Positions 41,053 through 47,564 of a stretch of DNA of 47,564 nucleotides are shown one piece after another. This DNA is from Salmonella phage IME207. Position 1 is the stretch's first letter. Each line of letters begins with the position of its first letter. Where the stretch lies: sequence record KX523699.2. The stretch is one strand, 5' to 3'. The translations under genes were made by a program, and so were the position numbers. Under the pieces are notes generated by a model that made no database searches, was not told the origin of the DNA, and saw only the letters and a program-made list of their open reading frames with translations.

Positions 41053-41309
41053 ATCCTCGCGCCAAGACGTTCAATTGCTTGTCTCTTTGTTTCATCATCT
41101 ATTCCGCTATAAAAATACATATAACTAAGATTCCATAGATAATCTTCTGGCCTCTCATCGGCAAACAAATCATCCCACTCAAAAATCCATTCTCCAGTTC
41201 TCTGTCTTCTGTATATGGTTAACCATGTGTTGCTTCGTGGAGGGTATCCGAAGGCAACAGGGATTGGCTTGCCATGAAAAATCCTCTTAAAAATGCTATC
41301 AAGGAACAC
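41046..41309 (-). CDS. hypothetical protein
   Basis: 87 aa. First gene after the promoter region. Confidence 0.4.
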   Translation of the reverse strand: MFLDSIFKRIFHGKPIPVAFGYPPRSNTWLTIYRRQRTGEWIFEWDDLFADERPEDYLWNLSYMYFYSGIDDETKRQAIERLGARIW

Positions 41310-41319
41310 TGCTATATCC

Positions 41320-41384
41320 TTTTATTGATGTTTCTACGTCAGTTAGCTTATACTCAATCTACACCAACAATCAAGGGTCAATTT
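41320..41384 (+). promoter_or_regulatory. promoter for primase gene
   Basis: TTGATG at 41325-41330, 17 nt, TTATAC(T). TTCTACGTCA in the spacer. AATCTACACCA at 41356-41366. AAGGG RBS. Confidence 0.55.
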
Positions 41385-42338
41385 ATGAGATACGACTGGA
41401 AAGACATTGAGCCAAAAATGATTGGCAACTGGCAGGCAGCCATCATGTCTATCGTCAATGTGGATAGCAGAGTTTTCAACGGCAAGCACCAACCATGCCC
41501 GTCATGCCTTGGCAAAGACAGGTATCGTTTTGATGATAACTTCGAAACAAAAGGCGATGGCGGTGCAATCTGCAATCAGTGCGGTTCCGGCAGCGGAATG
41601 AACTGGCTGATGAAACTCTCCGGAATGAGCTTTCCTGAAGCACTTGAGGCACTTGGTGGATTCCTGAATATGCACCCGCGCGAAAAACTGGAGGCAATCA
41701 GGAAGGAATTACCGAAGATAAATTACAACGATGACTTCATCACCGAGCAGGAAGTCGCAGCAATCATGTCTAAAACGACTCGTGTCGCGATGAATGAGTG
41801 GACTTTGATAAATGGTATTGGTTGCGACGTTAACGTCGTCAGAGGTAAATCTGGGGAGCTTATTGCGGTTGAGATGATGCATGCTGACACAATGAAGCCG
41901 TGCAACGTGGCATTCATTGGCATGGATGGTGATTCATTCAGAGCTTTTTTCCGCGCAGGATACAACAAAGACTCAGCCATCAACGGAAAACTCACACGTG
42001 GCGCGATAAGTCCAATCGGAGAAGACAACGGAAAGTTCATTTACCTGGTATCTGATTATGCCGATGCGTGGAAGTGCCATTACTTCACTGGCGCGCATGT
42101 CTGGTGCTGCTGGTCGCCGGAAAACATGTGGGAAGTGGTGCGATCGGTTAGCGATGAGATGAAAGCACGGTTGCGTTGCATAGTTAATTATAAATTCGAC
42201 GAACTGTGCGCTGCGGAAAACGCAGGGCTTCCGGTGATGCTGCCTGATGATGCGGACACAATAAGGATGGCGAAGCGGATCAGAAGAAGGATTTATGACG
42301 CTGGCGAGTTGATAGAGAAAATGTCAGTTAGAAGATAA
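41385..42338 (+). CDS. DNA primase-like zinc-binding protein (P4-type zinc-binding domain)
   Basis: CPSCLGKDRYRFDDNFETKGDGGAICNQCGSGSGMNWL. Internal ATG at 41385. Plus-strand gene inside a minus-strand module. Confidence 0.5.
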   Translation: MRYDWKDIEPKMIGNWQAAIMSIVNVDSRVFNGKHQPCPSCLGKDRYRFDDNFETKGDGGAICNQCGSGSGMNWLMKLSGMSFPEALEALGGFLNMHPREKLEAIRKELPKINYNDDFITEQEVAAIMSKTTRVAMNEWTLINGIGCDVNVVRGKSGELIAVEMMHADTMKPCNVAFIGMDGDSFRAFFRAGYNKDSAINGKLTRGAISPIGEDNGKFIYLVSDYADAWKCHYFTGAHVWCCWSPENMWEVVRSVSDEMKARLRCIVNYKFDELCAAENAGLPVMLPDDADTIRMAKRIRRRIYDAGELIEKMSVRR

Positions 42339-42340
42339 AA

Positions 42341-42370
42341 GAAACCCTCCAATCGGAGGGTTTTTGTTAT
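42341..42370. terminator. bidirectional rho-independent terminator
   Basis: GAAACCCTCCAATCGGAGGGTTTTTGTTAT. Confidence 0.7.
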
Positions 42371-42672
42371 GCTTTGATGTTAACTTTTATTGCGAACACT
42401 TCCACCGGGTCATGCCCGAAGTGTGGGTGAGTGATGGTTTTAACCGTCCATCCATCGTATGGGATATCAATACGCCTGGATTTATCATCCTTCTTTGGAT
42501 ATCCTTTTGTGATAATTAACCTTTCGAACTTCCTTCCAATCTGTCCGCTATCTTTAAAGTTAATAAGGCGTTTCTTCCAGTAGTCATTGAAAAGGCGATA
42601 CTCTTCCGTTTTCTCCCCGCGAATCATGGCATCGAAGTATTCACCTTTTACAGCAAGTTGCAGGTTAGCCAT
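42367..42672 (-). CDS. ASCH domain protein
   Basis: LQLAVKGEYFDAMIRGEKTEEYR matches the ASCH GxKxxExR signature. GGAGGT RBS. TAATG coupling. Confidence 0.55.
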   Translation of the reverse strand: MANLQLAVKGEYFDAMIRGEKTEEYRLFNDYWKKRLINFKDSGQIGRKFERLIITKGYPKKDDKSRRIDIPYDGWTVKTITHPHFGHDPVEVFAIKVNIKA

Positions 42673-42929
42673 TACCGCACCTCCAGTCTCCATACCGCCT
42701 GACCAATCCGGCTGGCATAGGTGTCTTTGGATACTGCTCCGTCTTTAGCCATCTCCATAAGAATTTTGCGCAAATCTGCAGAACGCCACTCTTCATCAGG
42801 AAATTCCTTCTCCATTGCCAACCGCAAATTCCAGGTTGCTATCGTGAATGGATATTCCCCGCCGAGAGCTTTCTCTTGCAGGGCAGCCCGTGAACGCATC
42901 ACCTGCAAAACCTTCTCTTTTACATCCAT
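42672..42929 (-). CDS. hypothetical protein
   Basis: 85 aa. AGGGTAAGGAA RBS. Confidence 0.45.
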   Translation of the reverse strand: MDVKEKVLQVMRSRAALQEKALGGEYPFTIATWNLRLAMEKEFPDEEWRSADLRKILMEMAKDGAVSKDTYASRIGQAVWRLEVR

Positions 42930-42939
42930 TTCCTTACCC

Positions 42940-43131
42940 TCACTTAATCATCAATTTTGAAATGTCAACATACCCAACACAAAATCTGTGCCAGCAATCA
43001 TCAAGCACGTGGTAATTAGAGCGAATCCATACTTTGTTAATCCCACTCCAGAAAAACCACGTCGAATAACCATGCGGCCTGAAATGCCATGAACCTTCTG
43101 AGCGGCAAAGTTCGCCTGATATTGTTCTCAT
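42940..43131 (-). CDS. hypothetical Trp/Cys-rich protein (doubtful)
   Basis: 63-aa ORF with GAGGT RBS. Unusual composition, so it may be non-coding. Confidence 0.2.
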   Translation of the reverse strand: MRTISGELCRSEGSWHFRPHGYSTWFFWSGINKVWIRSNYHVLDDCWHRFCVGYVDISKLMIK

Positions 43132-44681
43132 TTCAACCTCGGATTAATGTGGACAGTATTACCAATAAAAACGCAGTAACCATCCTCTTCAAGTGATGGC
43201 AATACACTTGATCTGAGTCGGTCATAAATTTTAGGTATCCCTTTGAATGGTCGCACGTTTTTAAGTGAATCATAAAGCCACTTCACCGTTACGTTTGTTT
43301 TTCCTTTCTGAGCGGCAGAGCGTAGCTTTTCTGCAACAACATCAAATTCAGAACGCTCGCCAGCATATCCATTTGATTCAACAGCATCAGTGAATGTTTT
43401 TGTCAGTGCGTCATAAACACTGATGGCGCGACTAATCTCATTTTCGCCGATAATCTTTGAACGCTTTCCTCCATCGCACCAGTTTTCAGCAGCGTGAAAT
43501 ATTGCTGCCAGACGGATTATTTGCTTATCAGCTTTACCCATCGCGCCACGAAGAAGAACGTGGTCCCACTTACCGCCGGGAAGGAAGTTTTTCTCCCACT
43601 GATTTCGTAACAGGCCGATCATTCTTGCTGAGTCATTGTGAAGCGTCAGTTTTGTTTTTTCTGCTGACACAACATTATGTATAAATCTTGCATATTCCGA
43701 CCTCAAGCTGTCTGGCATTGGCTTGCTTACAGGGCAATCATTAACCATGTCCCAGTGTTCGCGATAGCCAAGCATTGATTGCTCTCGCAACATGAGGAAA
43801 CGTTCAGAAAGCCCGTTACCCCTGTCGCCAGCGGCAAGAATGGCATCAATACTTTCATCCTGCGCAATCACACTTATGTTTCCAAGCACATAACCAGATG
43901 AAACGCCACGACCAACACGAGCAGAGCCAATGAATCCGCCATCCCATCCTTTCAGGATGACTTCTGCGTTTGCCTTTCCACCTTCCTTTCCGTAAGAGAG
44001 GCCAAGACATGTGTTAAGAACGCTTGCCTCGTCACTTATCAGATTAAAAAAACCACCCTCATGGATTGCCTGATGCTGGACAGCCTCTGGAGTTGCGTCA
44101 GTAAGTGGATATGTAATCGTATAAAGCTCTTCCAGCTTCTCCTTTTCCCTAGCAATATCATCGCCGATTAGTGCCTTTGCATTCTGATTACTGGCCTCTT
44201 TGTATGCCTTCATCAACTCTTCGATGCGAAGATTTATTTTTATGATTTGTTTTTCCATCTTTTTGGAAAGGTTGTCATATTCAATCTTCACCGGATTCAT
44301 ATGCATTGAGTTGATAGCGGTTTTCCCTGCTGATGGAGGCTGAGAAGTAACCACGTAAAGAGAAACTGGAAGCTCTGAATGGTAATACTCAACGCTAAAG
44401 TTTCTCGTCATTGCGCTGGCAACGCACCCAAGTAAATGCATGAACGATGTATTTATTGGGAACTGAACGGCGCGAGCTGCAGCGATTGCATAACGAGACA
44501 GCAAATCAGCCCGGTGCTCACTGGTCAGTTCTGTTTCTGAGTACGTTACATCACGCTCCTTACCTTCCTTGATGTCAAGCCACATGTTTGAGCTTGGTGT
44601 CATGCCATGATGGAAGGCGACGCGAGCAGGAGATACTTTTAATTCCCTTGCTTCGTTGAAGATGTCTTGAGCTGTAATCAT
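43128..44681 (-). CDS. putative replication-associated P-loop protein (DUF3987/VirE-like)
   Basis: 517 aa. P-loop-like QPPSAGKT. Position in the replication module. Confidence 0.4.
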   Translation of the reverse strand: MITAQDIFNEARELKVSPARVAFHHGMTPSSNMWLDIKEGKERDVTYSETELTSEHRADLLSRYAIAAARAVQFPINTSFMHLLGCVASAMTRNFSVEYYHSELPVSLYVVTSQPPSAGKTAINSMHMNPVKIEYDNLSKKMEKQIIKINLRIEELMKAYKEASNQNAKALIGDDIAREKEKLEELYTITYPLTDATPEAVQHQAIHEGGFFNLISDEASVLNTCLGLSYGKEGGKANAEVILKGWDGGFIGSARVGRGVSSGYVLGNISVIAQDESIDAILAAGDRGNGLSERFLMLREQSMLGYREHWDMVNDCPVSKPMPDSLRSEYARFIHNVVSAEKTKLTLHNDSARMIGLLRNQWEKNFLPGGKWDHVLLRGAMGKADKQIIRLAAIFHAAENWCDGGKRSKIIGENEISRAISVYDALTKTFTDAVESNGYAGERSEFDVVAEKLRSAAQKGKTNVTVKWLYDSLKNVRPFKGIPKIYDRLRSSVLPSLEEDGYCVFIGNTVHINPRLK

Positions 44682-44954
44682 TTAGACCTCGTACTCTGTT
44701 GCAAATTTCTCATGAGGATTTTCTGATAACCATTCCTTTGCTCTCAAAACTGCAGCGTTTGCTTCCTCTGCCGTTTCAAACATACCAAGCTCATATCTTT
44801 TCTTGAGTACCATCACTCTCGCTCTGAATTTTTTCGATGCCTTGTGGTAATCAACACCGTAGTATCCAGTGGTTGATTTTGATGATGCAACCCACCCAGC
44901 ACCACGACCATGTTTGTTTAGTTTGCGCTTTAATAATACACCGTGATTGCTCAT
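44682..44954 (-). CDS. stand-alone AP2-domain DNA-binding protein
   Basis: GYYGVDYHKASKKFRARVMVLKKRYELGMFETAEEA is an AP2 fold like the HNH C-terminal domains. First gene of the leftward early operon. Confidence 0.55.
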   Translation of the reverse strand: MSNHGVLLKRKLNKHGRGAGWVASSKSTTGYYGVDYHKASKKFRARVMVLKKRYELGMFETAEEANAAVLRAKEWLSENPHEKFATEYEV

Positions 44955-44984
44955 TTCCGCTCCCCAATCAAGTATTTCCCCAAA

Positions 44985-45013
44985 ATACTACCACCTACTC
45001 CCCAGCATTGCAA
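44985..45013 (-). promoter_or_regulatory. candidate leftward early promoter
   Basis: On the minus strand: TTGCAA, 17 nt, then TAGTAT. Confidence 0.3.
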
Positions 45014-45033
45014 CACAACTAAAATCTGCAAAA

Positions 45034-45345
45034 GGGGTAAATTGGGTTAACGTGGGGCAACCCACCTGCCCCACGAAACTTTCCTCTAAGTATATGTAAT
45101 ATAATAAAATTATTATTATTTGGGGTAATGGGTAATATTATTATTCATATTATAGATAGAAATTAACATAATATTAACAAATTGATTATTTGAATATATT
45201 TATAAGGGGATGGGTGTGAAATCTGCCCCTTTTTACCCACGAAAAATAAAAACATTCAAATCAATGATTTACGATGAAAAACGTGGGGCAACCCACCTGC
45301 CCCACGACCTGCCCCACAGGCAAAAATTTACCCCACGAGCACGTT
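45034..45345. repeat. iteron/AT-rich region: candidate origin of replication or pac
   Basis: Perfect 28-bp direct repeats AACGTGGGGCAACCCACCTGCCCCACGA at 45049-45076 and 45280-45307. Each is a near-palindrome. Additional CCCCACGA-like copies at about 45236, 45312 and 45331. A ~130-bp core at 45090-45220 is ~80% AT. Confidence 0.5.
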
Positions 45346-45360
45346 TTTAACGCATTCCTG

Positions 45361-45400
45361 TTGACGTAGAATAGCAGCTGATGTAGATTGAACTCATCGA
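45361..45400 (+). promoter_or_regulatory. rightward early promoter
   Basis: TTGACGTAGAAT at 45361-45372, then CTGATGTAGATTG at 45378-45390. TTGACG, 17 nt, then TAGATT. Confidence 0.45.
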
Positions 45401-45419
45401 AACAAACGAGAGTGAAGAG

Positions 45420-45566
45420 ATGAAAATCAAAAACCGTGAAGAATTCGAGGATGCACAGGCCATGGCACGCATTGCAGTTGAGAGCACAAACAACAGCATT
45501 CCTGCAGATTCATTCTGGAACGCTGCAATGCAGGCATTAATCTCAGCGTATGGGTTAAGAAAATGA
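45420..45566 (+). CDS. hypothetical protein (48 aa)
   Basis: GAGTGAAGAG RBS. Confidence 0.3.
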   Translation: MKIKNREEFEDAQAMARIAVESTNNSIPADSFWNAAMQALISAYGLRK

Positions 45567-45661
45567 CGGGCGCAGCATTCGAACTTATCGCCAGTCTGGT
45601 TGCTGTGGCGTTAATTATCATAGCAGTGGCAGTATCTAAATCAGGGTATAAGGAGTAACAA

Positions 45662-45862
45662 ATGGCAAAGACTATCTATCGTCGCGAAAAGCTGGAACAA
45701 GAACTCGGTCACGTTGGCGCGCAAAACTTTATGAGCAGGCAGGTTGAGCGAGCAGTGAACTCTCCAAGATGCTCTAAGGTGTGTCGTGTATGGCACAGAG
45801 ATGGAGATAAACGCGTGCTGGACGAGGTAATCATCTCTGGGCAGGCAAACTACCAGCTTTGA
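45662..45862 (+). CDS. hypothetical protein
   Basis: AAGGAG RBS. Confidence 0.4.
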   Translation: MAKTIYRREKLEQELGHVGAQNFMSRQVERAVNSPRCSKVCRVWHRDGDKRVLDEVIISGQANYQL

Positions 45863-45910
45863 TGTGTTTTATTGAATTGTAAACGATTCAGCTATGTACA
45901 TGGTGATGAT

Positions 45911-46099
45911 ATGAGTGAGTTGATTATAAAGAAATGCCCGTTTTGTGGTGGTGAACCAAAGGTTAAGCCATGGCGCTCATCTGACCATGAAAAACCATAC
46001 TTTCTCATTCGATGCTCATGCGGGGCGAGAATGACAAACTTCAGGGAGTCTGCAGAACAGGCAATCGACGACTGGAATCGCAGAGCCGATGGTGTTTGA
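45911..46099 (+). CDS. Lar-family restriction alleviation protein (second copy)
   Basis: KKCPFCGGEPKV...IRCSCGARM...AEQAIDDWNRR is a textbook Lar pattern. Confidence 0.65.
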   Translation: MSELIIKKCPFCGGEPKVKPWRSSDHEKPYFLIRCSCGARMTNFRESAEQAIDDWNRRADGV

Positions 46100-46144
46100 G
46101 ATGGAAAAGTAAAAACATATGAGTTCTTGTTTGTGCAAAACAAA

Positions 46145-46333
46145 ATGTATGCGAGCAAGACAATCAAGCGAGTGCGCTGGTGGAATAAGTGGTTAATCAT
46201 GTCAGGCTTCATTGTGCTGGCAAAGTGCAAATTCAAAGCGATTGACATCACCGATGATGATGCGCTCACAATCTCGAAGATTGAGTTTGAAGAAGATGGC
46301 TATTACGAAGAAATTATGGGGGTTAGGGTATGA
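46145..46333 (+). CDS. hypothetical protein
   Basis: Internal ATG of ORF 46127-46333. Confidence 0.3.
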   Translation: MYASKTIKRVRWWNKWLIMSGFIVLAKCKFKAIDITDDDALTISKIEFEEDGYYEEIMGVRV

Positions 46334-46632
46334 CAATCACAAAACAACGAGTAGAAGAAATCATATCGCGCATTGAAATGTATGGGCATGGTGCAGGGTA
46401 TACCGCAGACGAGGTTTATGACCTTGCTGTGCTGGCGCTGAATTTATCAAATATCGCAAACCTGAAGCGATACGAGCTTGATATGAGTGGTTGTGACTCA
46501 TGCGGTCAGGATTGTGGCGCTGATATGACTGAAGACCCTGATGGCGAGTTCGTCATGTTCGATGATGTTGTAAGATTGGTTCAGTTTGACACTACAGCAC
46601 AGCAATTCGAAAGTCTGGATAAAACTGAATAG
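46330..46632 (+). CDS. hypothetical Cys-containing protein
   Basis: 100 aa. ATGA coupling. Confidence 0.4.
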   Translation: MTITKQRVEEIISRIEMYGHGAGYTADEVYDLAVLALNLSNIANLKRYELDMSGCDSCGQDCGADMTEDPDGEFVMFDDVVRLVQFDTTAQQFESLDKTE

Positions 46633-46695
46633 CTACCCGTTCATATTAATTATCAGTGCGCTCTATGTGGCGCACGCTTTAGTGGAGGCATGCCA

Positions 46696-46803
46696 ATGAA
46701 CAACCACAAACGACGCCGATACACCACTGGCGCTAAAATCTTCCTTGCTGTTTATGCTCTGGCACTGGTGGCAGCTATTGCAGGAGTTGTGCATTATGTT
46801 TAA
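46696..46803 (+). CDS. hypothetical small membrane protein (35 aa)
   Basis: GGAGG RBS. Single TM. Confidence 0.25.
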   Translation: MNNHKRRRYTTGAKIFLAVYALALVAAIAGVVHYV

Positions 46804-47116
46804 TCAATTAGCCGATTTTTATAAAGCATATTCCTACTGGATTGATTCTGGAGCACCAGAAGGGGAGCCATTTGGCCGCAGGGTTGGTCTTTGTGGTTCT
46901 TTATGTTTATACCTTATAAACAAAGGCTGCAGATTACCGGAAAGGGATATGGTGCTGCAGTTAATGAAGTCGCAATTCATTAAGGCCGGACTCAGCCGTG
47001 ATTACCCGTTTAATAACGCAGATAACTCATACCGTATGGAAATCATTAACGGAACAATTCACACCAACAAGAATCGCGTAGCATGGGTTAAAAGGGAGTG
47101 GCAGCATTATGTTTAA
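46797..47116 (+). CDS. hypothetical protein
   Basis: Internal ATG (MFNQLADFYKAY). Confidence 0.4.
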
Positions 47117-47288
47117 CGACATTAGCGACGCAATGCAAAACATGTGGGAACGCTACTGGAACAGCATGAAGACGTGTCACTACATGATGGTACAGATAGG
47201 CAATTACATTGAGGTTGTGCCTGACAATGGCGTGCATGACATTAAGTACATGTGCTCAACGATGGATTATGCTAATGAAAACCACTAA
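47109..47288 (+). CDS. hypothetical protein (59 aa)
   Basis: Coupled ORF. Confidence 0.3.
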   Translation: MFNDISDAMQNMWERYWNSMKTCHYMMVQIGNYIEVVPDNGVHDIKYMCSTMDYANENH

Positions 47289-47448
47289 GCAGAAAGTTTG
47301 GAATCTCGCCAAACAACACGAATTGGACGATTTCATCGCGAAGGTCGCAAAGACATTCCCCGATGCGCTTGAAATCGTTCATGTGCAGACGCGAACAGAA
47401 AACGCATGGTGCTATGCTGGCAAGCGTGACAATGATGGTGTACAATAA
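47275..47448 (+). CDS. hypothetical protein (57 aa)
   Basis: Coupled ORF, followed by a terminator. Confidence 0.35.
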   Translation: MKTTKQKVWNLAKQHELDDFIAKVAKTFPDALEIVHVQTRTENAWCYAGKRDNDGVQ

Positions 47449-47491
47449 ACGCATAACCACCATTGCTTTCCTCATATCATCACCCAACCTT

Positions 47492-47518
47492 AACCCGCCT
47501 TGTGCGGGTTCTTTTTTA
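47492..47518 (+). terminator. rho-independent terminator
   Basis: AACCCGCCTTGTGCGGGTTCTTTTTTATC. Confidence 0.75.
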
Positions 47519-47564
47519 TCTGTGTTAAACTAACGATATCGAAATACGAAAAGACGAAAATAGA

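Noticed and set aside
45563-45658. 31-aa hydrophobic ORF (MTGAAFELIASLVAVALIIIAVAVSKSGYKE) ATGA-coupled to the upstream gene
   Set aside because: Plausible but too short to support without expression data. Not listed as a feature.

Overview
This window looks like a near-complete ~47.6 kb genome of a virulent-type siphovirus of enterobacteria, with no integrase or repressor seen. By gene order and content it resembles Jersey/K1G-like or T1-like phages, but I cannot confirm that without a database search.

Plus strand, in order:
- terminase small subunit, a free-standing HNH endonuclease, then terminase large subunit
- small ORFs
- portal, Mu-F-like head morphogenesis protein
- a lambda-like lysis cassette: R-type endolysin, holin-like protein, Rz, and an embedded Rz1 with lipobox LAGC
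- protease/scaffold, decoration-like protein, major capsid
- head-tail joining genes
- major tail protein with an Ig-like C-terminus, tail chaperone, tape measure, minor tail proteins M/L/K, an I-J-like tip protein
- a 976-aa tailspike with sialidase-type Asp-boxes and a C-terminal S74 intramolecular-chaperone domain

Minus strand:
- a replication/recombination module: SSB, Erf, PD-(D/E)XK exonuclease, VRR-NUC nuclease, an SF2 helicase split across two ORFs, ASCH protein, a P-loop replication protein, an AP2-domain protein; the P4-type zinc-binding primase sits inside this module on the plus strand
- two tRNAs, Arg-UCU and Ser-GCU
- several accessory cassettes inserted antisense into the structural region: a 3-4 gene block between head and lysis genes, a six-gene block with a DUF3310-like protein, a block with a ParB-like nuclease, a beta-clamp-like protein and DUF551, a superinfection-immunity-like protein with a second DUF551 copy, and a second HNH endonuclease between tail genes M and L

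Notable non-coding structure:
- an 11-bp motif AATCTAC(A/G)(T/C)CA recurring in at least 15 intergenic promoter regions
- a candidate origin/pac region at 45034-45345, with two perfect 28-bp near-palindromic direct repeats plus CCCCACGA iterons around an ~80% AT core
- a 540-bp ORF-free structured region upstream of the major tail gene
- many rho-independent terminators
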